The position numbers were made by a program, and so were the translations under genes. The notes beneath the pieces are model-generated. The model worked only from the letters and a program-made list of their open reading frames with translations, had not been told where the DNA came from and made no database searches. Positions 28,759 to 38,240 of a DNA stretch of 64,000 bases are shown in pieces. The stretch covers positions 1,236,276 through 1,300,275 of the forward strand of contig OZ241921.1 in the NCBI GenBank assembly GCA_965203935.1, read 5' to 3'. This DNA is from Bdellovibrionales bacterium (GTDB lineage: Bacteria > Bdellovibrionota > Bdellovibrionia > Bdellovibrionales > UBA1609). Numbering within the stretch: the stretch's first letter is position 1; every line of letters begins with the position of its first letter.

Positions 28759-31389
28759 ATGAAATTTTCTCTTAATTCTTTAAATAAATTCATAGACTTA
28801 AAGGATTTTCTTAATAATCCATCTAAACTATCAGAAAGCCTTTCCTCAGCCGGTTTTGAGGTGGAGGGGATCTCCCCTAAAAAACAGTTTAATAATTTGG
28901 TAATTGCGGAAATAAGCAAAAAATCCCCGCACCCTTCGGCAGACAGGTTGAGCTTATGTCAAGTGCGGGTAAATCGGGAAAAGCCTTACAGCATTGTCTG
29001 TGGCGCAGATAACTTTAAAGAAAAAGACAAAGCGGTTTTGGCCTTACCGGGGGCGGTTTTACCGGAGGGTCTTAAAATTAAAACAAGAAAAATCCGTGGG
29101 GAAATAAGCGAAGGTATGCTGGTTTCTTTAAATGAGTTGGGACTGACCGGTGAGTCCGAGGCTTTGGGGGAAGAAGGTATATTGATTTTGCCCGGTGATG
29201 CAAAAACCGGCGCGGACTTTGCCTCTTACGCCGGTTTAAACGATACTGTGTTCGATATTGAGATCATGCCGAGTCGCCCGGACTGTTTAAGTCATTTTGG
29301 TCTTAGCCGGGAGCTTTCTTGTATTCTGAACCGGCCTTTTAAGCCTGATTTTTTGTCTCATTTCGGTTTTGAAAAAGGGCACGCCGGTTTGGATGATACG
29401 CTTAAAAAGCCTTTGAATATTCCTTTGCGGAAAAAGGCAAGTTTTTTTAAAGCGCCCGAAAAGCCCCTGTCTTTACAGGTTCGGCAGGCAAAGCTTTGCC
29501 TGCGTTACACCGGCCGGGCGGTATATGGGGTAAAGGTAAAGCCTTCCCCCTTGTGGCTTAGAGTGTACTTACAAAACTTAGGTTTAAAGTCCATAAACAA
29601 TATTGTGGATCTGACCAATTATTTTTTAATGGAATGGGGACAGCCCCTGCACGCTTTTGATTTGGATCTTCTTGGGGAAAGCCTTATTGTGGATTTTTCC
29701 AGCAAAGGGGAGACACTTAAAACCTTGGACAATCAGGAAATCCGTTTAACAGGCAAAGAGCTTTGCATCAGGTCTGAGAAAGAGCCTTTGGCTTTGGCGG
29801 GCGTAATAGGGGGCGCGCCTACGGGTATTTCCCTTAAAACAAAAAATATTTTTGTAGAGTCGGCCTGTTTCGCGCCCGTTTCTGTTCGTCAAAGCTCTAA
29901 AAAATTTAATATCGAAACAGATTCTTCTTATCGTTTCGTAAGAGGTGTACCTCCTGAAACAGCGCTTCCTGTTTTAAGGATGGCTGTGGGTATGATTCAG
30001 CAGACAGCAGGTGGTAAAGCCTGCCGGAACGAGCACAATTTTGGAGAAAAACGGCCTAAAGCCCAGGCCATTCAGATTTATCAAAAAGATCTGGAAAGCC
30101 GCTTGGGTATGGAAGTGTCTTTTACTGAATTTCAAAACCGTATGAAACAGCTGGGCTGTCAGCAAGAAAAAACCTTGGCTAAGGCGGGAGGGGCAAAACT
30201 TATTCCTCCTTTTTTTCGTTTTGATATCAGCCTTAAAGAGGACTTGATTGAAGAATACGCCCGTTTGCAGGGCTACGATAAAATTCCTGAAAAGCCGTCC
30301 CGGCCGGGGGGCTTTCCCAAGCCGGATCACAGGGAGTACAGTGTGTCCGTCAAAACCGCTGATGTTTTGGTGCACCAGGGTTTTTATCAGGCCATAAATC
30401 ACAGTTTTATTTCCGGTGAATTTTCTTCCGATTTTTTAACAGGCTCTACAGCCGAGGCTCAAGGTGTTGATGACAAATCCGACAACCCTGCGACTTTCAG
30501 GGAATTTGGTGGGCCGTCTTTATGGTCTGCCGGTGAAGTAAAACCTGTTTTTATCCAAAATCCTTTGAGCGCGGAATACAATATGATGAGAGTAAGCCTT
30601 GCGCCCTCTTTGTTTAAAAACGCCCGGCAAAGCATCCGGCACGGGAGACTTAAGGGCAGGCTGTTTGAACTGGGCCGGGTGTTTGCCTGTAAGCAGGGTG
30701 TTAAGCCCCCTTACAAAGAGGAATCGCGCCTTGCTCTTGTTGCTTGGGGACAGGAAGAAAACCTGTGGGAAAAACCTCAAGGCCGACTTTGCGTATACGA
30801 TTTAAAAAGCGCTTTAAACGCGCTTTTAGAGAGCTTTTGTATTTCTGATTATAAGTGGGAACAGGTGGAAGCGCGGGAACAGGTGGAAGCGCGGGAACAG
30901 GCTCGCGCTCCGGCTTTTATCCATCCGTATCAGTATATGGTTTTAAGATTGGGAGGAAAAATTTCGGCTTTTGCCGGGTCTTTAAATCCTGTTTACGCGG
31001 AAAAGCATAAAATTCGGGTGGACATGGCTTTGGCTGAGCTGAATATGCAGGCTCTTTTTGATCCTGATCTGACAAAGGGGGATTTTAAGGCCCCTTCCCC
31101 TTTTCCTTTAGTGGAAAGGGATTTGGCGTTTCTTATTCCAAAGGATTTTCCGGCGGGACAGTTGATTCAAGAGATCAAAAAGCAGGCGGGCGCTGTTTGC
31201 CGTATGGTTAAGATATTTGATATTTACGAAAATGAAAAATCGCTCGCAAAAGGGCTTCGTTCTGTCGCTTTTCGCTTAACTTTGCAGTCAGATAAAAAAA
31301 CCCTTACAGAGGAGGAGTTAACACACCTGCAGAAAAGGCTCACAAAAGAACTCACAAACCGCTTTCCTGTTACACTCAGGATGTCCTAA
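28759..31389 (+). CDS. pheT: phenylalanine--tRNA ligase beta subunit
   Basis: 876-aa ORF after pheS with tRNA-binding, B3/4, B5 and FDX-ACB-like regions. Longer than usual because of insertions. Confidence 0.9.
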   Translation: MKFSLNSLNKFIDLKDFLNNPSKLSESLSSAGFEVEGISPKKQFNNLVIAEISKKSPHPSADRLSLCQVRVNREKPYSIVCGADNFKEKDKAVLALPGAVLPEGLKIKTRKIRGEISEGMLVSLNELGLTGESEALGEEGILILPGDAKTGADFASYAGLNDTVFDIEIMPSRPDCLSHFGLSRELSCILNRPFKPDFLSHFGFEKGHAGLDDTLKKPLNIPLRKKASFFKAPEKPLSLQVRQAKLCLRYTGRAVYGVKVKPSPLWLRVYLQNLGLKSINNIVDLTNYFLMEWGQPLHAFDLDLLGESLIVDFSSKGETLKTLDNQEIRLTGKELCIRSEKEPLALAGVIGGAPTGISLKTKNIFVESACFAPVSVRQSSKKFNIETDSSYRFVRGVPPETALPVLRMAVGMIQQTAGGKACRNEHNFGEKRPKAQAIQIYQKDLESRLGMEVSFTEFQNRMKQLGCQQEKTLAKAGGAKLIPPFFRFDISLKEDLIEEYARLQGYDKIPEKPSRPGGFPKPDHREYSVSVKTADVLVHQGFYQAINHSFISGEFSSDFLTGSTAEAQGVDDKSDNPATFREFGGPSLWSAGEVKPVFIQNPLSAEYNMMRVSLAPSLFKNARQSIRHGRLKGRLFELGRVFACKQGVKPPYKEESRLALVAWGQEENLWEKPQGRLCVYDLKSALNALLESFCISDYKWEQVEAREQVEAREQARAPAFIHPYQYMVLRLGGKISAFAGSLNPVYAEKHKIRVDMALAELNMQALFDPDLTKGDFKAPSPFPLVERDLAFLIPKDFPAGQLIQEIKKQAGAVCRMVKIFDIYENEKSLAKGLRSVAFRLTLQSDKKTLTEEELTHLQKRLTKELTNRFPVTLRMS

Positions 31390-31538
31390 GCGGGCGGGCG
31401 AAAATATTAATAATGAGCATAAAAGTATTGACTTGAAAGCGGGTAAGACTTTATTTTAAAACAAAGCTCTTTACTGTGCGCGGGCCTGACTTGAAACGGC
31501 CCCCTTGAGGTTTTATTTTTATATCAGGAGTGTGTGGA

Positions 31539-31847
31539 ATGCCAAGGGAAAGAAAAAAAGCCAAAACACTCACAAAAGCGGATATTTATTCACACTTGTA
31601 CAATAAAATAGGGTATTCCCGGCAAAAGTCAGCAGATCTGGTTAACTCTGTGTTTGATATTATAAAGGCGAAGCTTCGTTCCCGGCACAATGTCAAGCTG
31701 TCCGGTTTTGGCAATTTTTTACTGCGCGATAAAAAAGCCAGAATAGGCAGGGATCCTAAAACCGGCAAAGAACTCATGATTAAAGAGCGCAGAGTGCTTG
31801 TTTTTCATCCCAGCCCGCGCTTAAGGGAAAAGGTAAATAAAAGGTGA
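31539..31847 (+). CDS. ihfA: integration host factor alpha subunit (HU/IHF family)
   Basis: KLSGFGNFLLRDKKARIGRDPKTGKELMIKERRVLVFHPS closely matches the IHF-alpha arm region. Conserved pheST-ihfA synteny. Confidence 0.8.
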   Translation: MPRERKKAKTLTKADIYSHLYNKIGYSRQKSADLVNSVFDIIKAKLRSRHNVKLSGFGNFLLRDKKARIGRDPKTGKELMIKERRVLVFHPSPRLREKVNKR

Positions 31848-31850
31848 GTT

Positions 31851-32234
31851 ATGGAGACTTTTGATACCGCGCTCGCTTCTGAAATCCAAAACATTCCTTC
31901 AAAAGTAACATTTAAAATCGGTGAAGTGGCCCGGCTTTTAAATATTAAGACTCATGTTTTAAGGTATTGGGAGCTGGAGTTTGACTCTCTTCACCCCAAA
32001 AAACTGCGGAGCGGGCAAAGGCTTTATTTTAAAAAAGATGTGGAGATGGCTTTGCTTATTAAAAAACTTTTGTACCGGGACGGTTTTTCCGTCAAGGGGG
32101 CCAAAAAAGCTTTAACAGAGCTTAAGCGGGAAAAACGCCGATACAAAAAACAGTCTTTTTCTGAAAGCAAGGTTTTAAAAAGAGCGCTGGAAATACAAAA
32201 CACCATTTCCACCATCCGAAATCTCATAAAGTAA
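31851..32234 (+). CDS. MerR family transcriptional regulator
   Basis: N-terminal [27 protein letters not shown]. Confidence 0.8.
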   Translation: METFDTALASEIQNIPSKVTFKIGEVARLLNIKTHVLRYWELEFDSLHPKKLRSGQRLYFKKDVEMALLIKKLLYRDGFSVKGAKKALTELKREKRRYKKQSFSESKVLKRALEIQNTISTIRNLIK

Positions 32235-32255
32235 ATTTGATGTTGGAAAAATCAC

Positions 32256-32681
32256 TTACTTTTTTCTGAACAGGTGATCCAAGCTGTAACGGCCGGCTCC
32301 TATCAGCGTAAAATACAAAAAACCGACAGCGTATAAAAGCGCAAGCTCTTTTTGAGAAAAAGGGTCTTTAAAGTGAAATATCAGCCCGGCGGTAAGCATG
32401 GTGACAAGCAGACTGAAAGAAGCAAAGCGTGTTAGTAAACCCAGAATAAGCAAAATAGAACAAAAAAACTCGGCAAAAGTCGCAAGGCTCAGGCTTAAAA
32501 AAGAGCCGATACCCAAAGGATCAGGAAAAACCCCTGATTTTTCCGTAAAAGAGCAGAGTTTTTGCCACCCGTGGGTCAACATAAAAGCCCCCAAGCTCAC
32601 CCGCAGTATAAGCTCCGCCCGCTCCTGATAGACTGCGGAAAGCCTGCCTAAAAGACATTTTCGTATTTCTTTTATGCACAT
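32256..32681 (-). CDS. DoxX family membrane protein
   Basis: Four TM helices and LILRVSLGAFMLTHGWQKL. The internal ATG at 32681 gives a typical ~141-aa DoxX (track start 32756). Confidence 0.65.
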   Translation of the reverse strand: MCIKEIRKCLLGRLSAVYQERAELILRVSLGAFMLTHGWQKLCSFTEKSGVFPDPLGIGSFLSLSLATFAEFFCSILLILGLLTRFASFSLLVTMLTAGLIFHFKDPFSQKELALLYAVGFLYFTLIGAGRYSLDHLFRKK

Positions 32682-32879
32682 GGCGATTCCCCGCTGTTTG
32701 GTGACCTGATTATAAAGACCTGATATAATCATTACAAGCGTATAAAAATTTGACATATTGCGCCAAAAACACGATATGGGCCGATACCCTGAAAGTATTG
32801 AAAATACTGTGTTTTTTTTGATTTTTTTAGGGGATTTTTTAAGCGAAATGTTTTAAAATATTGACCGGCATTCACCTGA

Positions 32880-33030
32880 CTGACTAAATAATGGGGCGTG
32901 AAAAAGGCTATTAAACTGCTGATCTGCAAGCAAAGTCCAAGCTTGTTCAGGACGGAATACCTTGGACCTTCACCGCTTGGCTTTGCTTGCAGACATAATT
33001 TAAAGGGGTTTTTCACAGCCCACTAAATAA
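32880..33030. repeat. single palindromic repeat module (variant arms)
   Basis: GTGAAAAAGGCTATTAAACTGC...TCTGCAAGCAAAGTCCAAG / CTTGGCTTTGCTTGCAGA...TTTTTCAC. Both arms carry the same variant relative to other copies. Confidence 0.85.
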
Positions 33031-33085
33031 TTTTTTAAGTAAACGGGTTTATGTGACGATTAAAAGTTTATAAAATTAAAAGGGG

Positions 33086-34231
33086 GTGCGAAAAGTGAAA
33101 TTATCTACAATAATGAATATTAATGTTTTTCCTTGGTTTTTGTTAAAGCCGGCGGCTGTTTTTGCCTTGCTTGTTTTAAGCTTGATTTCCTGCTCTCCCG
33201 CGCTCAAGCCGGGGAAGGGAAATGTGATTGAAAATCAGGTTAATTTTGTGGAGGTAAACCAAAATAATGTGTTATTCAGGCCCAAAGTTGAGTTTCAAGG
33301 CACTGTTCATGGAAGAAAAAAAGCGGTTAAGTGTCGGGGGATAGACGCTTGCCTGCGTGTCTGTGAGCATCTTGGCAATGTGGATTGCAAAAGTTACCCT
33401 GTGGGCAAGGTGCTGTCTTTATGGAAACAAAATATAGGGTCTTATACAGAATGGGAGTCTTTTAAAAAAGATCTGGAAGTGATTGCAACCGACCCGGGGG
33501 TTTCCTTTTTTCTGAAAAGTACAGATAAAGACAACACTGTTTTGGTTTCTCTCTTAAAAGCGGAAAATTCACTTGGCCGGGTAAATTGCCCCTTTGCCAA
33601 AATGGAAACAATTGATTTCAGCTACAGCAATTACTCAGATTCCAAAAAACATTACACCGCTCTTCATATCAGCCCTGTTGATGAAGTTACATTTATGGTT
33701 GAGGAGGGTGCTGAAGGGGCTGTTTCAGAAACAGCCGGCGCTTCTGTGGAACAGGCGAGCCAAGCTAAGGGGGATGATGCAGTTCAGCAGGCTGAAACAG
33801 CTCAAGAAGAGGCTACTGCTGAAGGTAATCAGCAAGTGTCGGCGGATGCAGAAGAAGCGCAAAGGGCTGTGGAGGGGCAAAGTTTTGCCACGGCGGTCGG
33901 CTTTCAGGCTGTTAAAAGTAAAACCATCGTTAACAGCCAAGTGGCTCCTTTTGATGTGAATATATTTGCCGGATTTATCAAGCAATGTTTCGGACACAAT
34001 CAAAGAACCTTCAGCCAAATGGCCGCGGAAATTGAAAACCGGTCCGCTGTTGATATTGGTCATAAAGCTCTTTTCAAAGGCTGTGGCGGCAACGGTGAGT
34101 GTATCCGTTTTGCGTATTGTGTTGTTGGTTCCGACAGGCTTTGGTCTTATGTGTCGGAAGACATAAAAGCGCCCGGATGTGAGTACGACAGCTTTGCCAG
34201 CATCTTGTCTCCTGAGCCTGAAGCGGAATAA
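33086..34231 (+). CDS. hypothetical lipoprotein with acidic Ala/Gln/Glu-rich central region
   Basis: 381-aa ORF. Signal peptide ending LISC (lipobox). No recognisable catalytic motif. Confidence 0.5.
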   Translation: MRKVKLSTIMNINVFPWFLLKPAAVFALLVLSLISCSPALKPGKGNVIENQVNFVEVNQNNVLFRPKVEFQGTVHGRKKAVKCRGIDACLRVCEHLGNVDCKSYPVGKVLSLWKQNIGSYTEWESFKKDLEVIATDPGVSFFLKSTDKDNTVLVSLLKAENSLGRVNCPFAKMETIDFSYSNYSDSKKHYTALHISPVDEVTFMVEEGAEGAVSETAGASVEQASQAKGDDAVQQAETAQEEATAEGNQQVSADAEEAQRAVEGQSFATAVGFQAVKSKTIVNSQVAPFDVNIFAGFIKQCFGHNQRTFSQMAAEIENRSAVDIGHKALFKGCGGNGECIRFAYCVVGSDRLWSYVSEDIKAPGCEYDSFASILSPEPEAE

Positions 34232-34284
34232 GCTAAAACAATATACCTCTTCACAAAGCGCTAAATAGTCGGGCGTGATAAACC

Positions 34285-34312
34285 TTGCAAGAATCGGAAA
34301 TTGTGTGATAAA
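34285..34312 (+). promoter_or_regulatory. candidate sigma70-type promoter of module A (TTGCAA-16 nt-TGtGATAAA)
   Basis: The same sequence is conserved at 34976-35003 (+) and 38210-38237 (-) in front of all three paralogues. The -10 lies only ~10 nt from the ATG. Confidence 0.3.
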
Positions 34313-34321
34313 GTGATGTTT

Positions 34322-34774
34322 ATGAAAAATTTTACTTTTTTTATCAGTTTTTTGATACTTTATGGCCTTCCTCCGGCAAAGGCTCAAAGTAATGATATAT
34401 CAACCGGCGAAGAGGCACAAAATAAAAATAAGCGATCCTCCTACGCCAAAAATTATCTACGACCGGGGGGCATTTTTCCATTGGCGTTGGAGTTTCATAA
34501 ATGGCCTGATAAAGAGGAAAAAGAGACTATTCTGCGGTACACAAAAGAAAAAGGCCTGCGAAAAGTAAGAGAGGTTGCCTTTAACAAAGTCTGGGCTTTT
34601 GAATGGGTGGAAGAACCAGAAAAAAAACCAAAAACTATCTCCTCCTCCTTTACAGCTACAAAAATCTGTATGGAATTTCCAAAACTTAAATCCGTAAAAC
34701 ACTGTATTGCAGATTCGTTGCTCTTTCCTCCACTTTCTCCCGGAGAGTTGAATCTCGATCTTTACCCACAATAA
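34322..34774 (+). CDS. small secreted protein, paralogue A of a triplicated family
   Basis: Signal peptide MKNFTFFISFLILYGLPPAKA|Q and conserved core WPDKEEKETILRYTKEKGL...ICMEFPKLKSVKHC. Paralogues at 35013-35474 and 37733-38200. Confidence 0.6.
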   Translation: MKNFTFFISFLILYGLPPAKAQSNDISTGEEAQNKNKRSSYAKNYLRPGGIFPLALEFHKWPDKEEKETILRYTKEKGLRKVREVAFNKVWAFEWVEEPEKKPKTISSSFTATKICMEFPKLKSVKHCIADSLLFPPLSPGELNLDLYPQ

Positions 34775-34780
34775 AGATAT

Positions 34781-34972
34781 ATGAAAAAACAAAGCCCGGC
34801 CTGTTTTTTGGTGTTCCTGCTTTATATCTTTAATCCCTCGGATGCTTTGTCTCAAAATAAGACAATAAACAAAACAATCGGTTCTTTTTCACAATTCATC
34901 CCTGAAAGCTCTCTTAAAAAAAATAAAACCGTATTGCCGGAAACAGATCAAAAGCAACATTTTCTTAAATAA
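34781..34972 (+). pseudogene. truncated copy of the S8 protease 5' end (leader only, 63 codons)
   Basis: MKKQSPACFLVFLLYIFNPSDALSQNKTINKT.GSFSQFIPESS matches the first ~45 aa of the 681-aa protein, then diverges and stops. Confidence 0.6.
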
Positions 34973-35012
34973 AACTTGCAAGAATCGGAAATTGTGTGAT
35001 AAAGTGATGTTT

Positions 35013-35474
35013 ATGAAAAATTTTACTTTTTTTATCAGTTTTTTGATACTTTATGGCCTTCCTCCGGCAAAGGCTCAAAATAATGATATATCAACCGGCA
35101 AAGAGGCACAAAATGAGCGACTCGCTGCCCATATTAAACAGTACTATCAGGCGGCGGGCATTATATTGGAGTTTTATAAATGGCCTGATAAAGAAGAAAA
35201 AGATGTTATTTTGCAGTACACAAAAGAAAACGGCCTGAAAAAGGCAAGAACAATTACCTTTTACAAAGGCTGGTCTTTTGACTGGGTGGAAGAGCCAAAA
35301 TTACCAAAAAACCCAAAAACACTGAACGATCTCTTCTCCGCCTCCTCTTTTATAGCTACAAAAATCTGTATGGAATTTCCAAAACTTAACTCCGTAAAAG
35401 ACTGTGTTGCAAATGCGTTGATCTTTCCCCCGCTTATTCCCGGAGAATTGAGCCCCGGTGTTTACCCAAAATAA
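35013..35474 (+). CDS. small secreted protein, paralogue B
   Basis: Same signal peptide and core as paralogues A and C. Immediately upstream of the full-length S8-like protease. Confidence 0.6.
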   Translation: MKNFTFFISFLILYGLPPAKAQNNDISTGKEAQNERLAAHIKQYYQAAGIILEFYKWPDKEEKDVILQYTKENGLKKARTITFYKGWSFDWVEEPKLPKNPKTLNDLFSASSFIATKICMEFPKLNSVKDCVANALIFPPLIPGELSPGVYPK

Positions 35475-35480
35475 AGATAT

Positions 35481-37526
35481 ATGAAAAAACAAAGGCCGGT
35501 CTGCTTTTTTGTGTTTCTGCTTTATATCTTTAATCCCTCGGATGCTTTGTCTCAAAATAAGACAATAAACAAAACAGCCGGTTCTTTTTCACAGTTCATC
35601 CCTGAAAGCTCTTTTAAAAAAAATAAAACAGAAAAAACCTTAAATCCTTGTAGTGATATTCCCCATTCCCGTTTAAAGGTACAAGCTTATAACCCTTCCA
35701 AAAAGAGGTATGAGGAAAGCAGTCATGCAACAAAAACTCTATCCACTTATTGGGCGCAAAATATGATAGGGGCGGATCTTTTAAAACAGGAATTAAAAAA
35801 AACAAAACCCCATAAAAAAAATCTTGTCGCTGTATTTGATTTTTTCCCTCCCTATGTTGCTGACAGTCACGGTATTGCAGTTAAAAATCTTATATCCGGT
35901 AAGGGGGATCAAGCCGTATTGCCGGAAGCGGGACATCATGTAAGAAAGGTTGAACTGCACTCAACAGATGTTTTTCCCGATTTTTATAAAGAGATCGAAA
36001 GAAAATGCGGCAATCAGCATCTTCATCATTCCGAAAACTTTAGAAAATGCAAAAATAAAATCCTGCCTTCTTTTGTTAATCATTCAATGACTATAGGCGC
36101 TGTCGGCTTTTGGGAGATGGGCTACGGGACAAAAAAAGAATGGGACAGATGGATAGCTGATAATGACTTGAATAACCCGAAACTAAACAGCACACTTTTA
36201 CGATACTTGAAAAACAAAGGCGTACTTCCTCCGAAAAACGGCAAATTATCTAAAGCGGACATTAAATATTTTCTGGGCCAAATGCAGAAAGTACCAATCT
36301 CACAGGAAAAAAGATTTAAGTACTTTAGAAAATTAGCCTTCGATAAAGTTATTTTTATGAATATCGGGGGAAATTTTGTTAATGAGCCTGTTGCTGAAAT
36401 AGCAACCCGTGCTTCAAAAGACTTTAATGTTATTTTAGTGGGCAGTTTGGACCCAAATGGCAGAAGAAGCGCCTTTTCGCAAGAGGGTGAGCAGGTGCAT
36501 ATTATGGCGCCCTCCGGGACGGATATTCATTCGGCTGACAAAAACGGAAAGCTTGTAAGATTTAGAGGTACCAGTGGAGCCGCGCCTTTGGTTACAGCCT
36601 CCCTGGCGGGCTTTGAGTGGATGTCGGGTTACCACCCCACGGCGGAAGAGGCTAAAATTCTTTTAGAAAAAACCGCTGTCCCTCATTTATACTCAAACGA
36701 TACACCTCGTAAAAATGGTGTGGGAATGGTAAATGCCTACAAATTGGGGATAGTGGGAAAAGAGTTAAAAGAAATCTGCAAAAAGGACCAAGCCTGTTTC
36801 AAACGGATGATCCGAATGAACGCCACCTACGATACTGTGTCGTCCGGGGATACCAACTTAATGGAGGATTTAAAACGCACCTTTCCTGAATGTAGTAAAT
36901 CTTCTTGCACACAGTCTTCCGAAGCTTCCTGCTTGGAAAAGGCAAAGCTTTTTAACAGATTAAGAAAGGCTGTTTTTCTTCAGCCCAAAGACAGAAAACT
37001 TTGGAGGTATATGTCTTGTATTTACAGCTCCAATCAGAATCTGAAAGAGGAAAGCGAAGGCGCTTTTAACATATATAGGGCTTTGGCGAAGGGATACATC
37101 AGCACGCAAACAAATGTTTCCTGCAAAGATTACACAGATTGTGTTTTATCCCCTGTATGCCCGGCCGGGCCTGCCGGACCTGCCGGGCCAGCCGGACCAG
37201 CCGGACCTGCTTTGTTTGTTCCTCTGAATAAAGATGGGGCTGAAGCTCATTACATTGACTGCATTCGCCGGAACAGAAAAATCCCTTTTTGTAAAGATCA
37301 ATGCCGGTGTAAGGATCAAGAAGAAGTGCGGGGGACATACACAAAAGACAAAAAGCCGGTTGAGGCGATAAGGCGCTATAAAACCAAGTGTAAGAGCTTT
37401 CAATGTGTTATGGATATGGAGGAGAAACAAGTCCCGGAAAAGCAAGAGAGTGTTCAGCCACCCCAGCCAAAAAGAAAAACCATCCCTCCGGCAAAACCTT
37501 TAGAAGGCTCACGGGCCATACAATAA
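35481..37526 (+). CDS. secreted subtilisin-like (S8) serine protease with Cys-rich C-terminal region
   Basis: Signal peptide. Asp/His/Ser motifs LVAVFDFF, DSHGIAVKNLISG and RGTSGAAPLVTASLAG. (PAG)5 collagen-like run and a Cys-rich tail. The Asp-His spacing is unusually short. Confidence 0.6.
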   Translation: MKKQRPVCFFVFLLYIFNPSDALSQNKTINKTAGSFSQFIPESSFKKNKTEKTLNPCSDIPHSRLKVQAYNPSKKRYEESSHATKTLSTYWAQNMIGADLLKQELKKTKPHKKNLVAVFDFFPPYVADSHGIAVKNLISGKGDQAVLPEAGHHVRKVELHSTDVFPDFYKEIERKCGNQHLHHSENFRKCKNKILPSFVNHSMTIGAVGFWEMGYGTKKEWDRWIADNDLNNPKLNSTLLRYLKNKGVLPPKNGKLSKADIKYFLGQMQKVPISQEKRFKYFRKLAFDKVIFMNIGGNFVNEPVAEIATRASKDFNVILVGSLDPNGRRSAFSQEGEQVHIMAPSGTDIHSADKNGKLVRFRGTSGAAPLVTASLAGFEWMSGYHPTAEEAKILLEKTAVPHLYSNDTPRKNGVGMVNAYKLGIVGKELKEICKKDQACFKRMIRMNATYDTVSSGDTNLMEDLKRTFPECSKSSCTQSSEASCLEKAKLFNRLRKAVFLQPKDRKLWRYMSCIYSSNQNLKEESEGAFNIYRALAKGYISTQTNVSCKDYTDCVLSPVCPAGPAGPAGPAGPAGPALFVPLNKDGAEAHYIDCIRRNRKIPFCKDQCRCKDQEEVRGTYTKDKKPVEAIRRYKTKCKSFQCVMDMEEKQVPEKQESVQPPQPKRKTIPPAKPLEGSRAIQ

Positions 37527-37549
37527 TTGTTTTTAGTTCAAAGGCTCTT

Positions 37550-37726
37550 TTATGATGTTTCTTTTTCCGGCAATACGGTTTTATTTGTTTGAAAAGAGCT
37601 TTCAGGGATGAACTGTGAAAAAGAACCGGCTGTTTTGTTTATTGTCTTATTTTGAGACAAAGCCTCCGAGGAATTAAAAACATAAAGCAGGAATACCAAA
37701 AAACAAGCCAACCTTTGTTTTTTCAT
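37550..37726 (-). pseudogene. truncated inverted copy of the S8 protease 5' end (58 codons)
   Basis: Read on the minus strand: MKKQRLACFLVFLLYVFNSSEALSQNKTINKTAGSFSQFIPESSF..., stopping soon after. Convergent with the full-length gene. Confidence 0.55.
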
Positions 37727-37732
37727 ATATCT

Positions 37733-38200
37733 TTATTGTGGATAAACTTCGGGGGCTAACATGTCCTCTCCGGGAGGAAGCGGGGGAAAGATCAACGAAT
37801 TTGCAATACAGTGTTTTACGGAGTTAAGTTTTGGAAATTCCATACAGATTCTTGTAGCTATAAAAGAGGAGGCGGAGAAGAGATCGTTCAGTGTTTTTGG
37901 GTTTTTTGGTAATTTTGGCTCTTCCACCCAGTCAAAAGACCAGCCTTTGTAAAAAGTAATTGTTCTTGCCTTTTTCAGGCCGTTTTCTTTTGTATACCGC
38001 AGAATAGTCTCTTTTTCCTCTTTATCAGGCCATTTATGAAACTCCAATATAATGCCCGCCGCCTGATAGTACTGTTTGATATAGGTGGCGAGTCGCTCAT
38101 TTTGTGCCTCTTCGCCGGTTGATATATCATTACTTTGAGCCTTTGCCGGAGGAAGGCCATAAAGTATCAAAAAACTGATAAAAAAAGTAAAATTTTTCAT
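37733..38200 (-). CDS. small secreted protein, paralogue C (inverted)
   Basis: About 90 percent nucleotide identity by eye to paralogue B, with patches that match paralogue A (EKETILRY, VKHCIA). Confidence 0.6.
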   Translation of the reverse strand: MKNFTFFISFLILYGLPPAKAQSNDISTGEEAQNERLATYIKQYYQAAGIILEFHKWPDKEEKETILRYTKENGLKKARTITFYKGWSFDWVEEPKLPKNPKTLNDLFSASSFIATRICMEFPKLNSVKHCIANSLIFPPLPPGEDMLAPEVYPQ

Positions 38201-38240
38201 AAATGTCACTTTATCACACAATTTCCGATTTTTGCAAGTT

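Noticed and set aside
33725-34387. 220-aa minus-strand ORF
   Set aside because: Antisense to the 381-aa lipoprotein gene, and it runs across the intergenic promoter region of module A. No motifs or SD.
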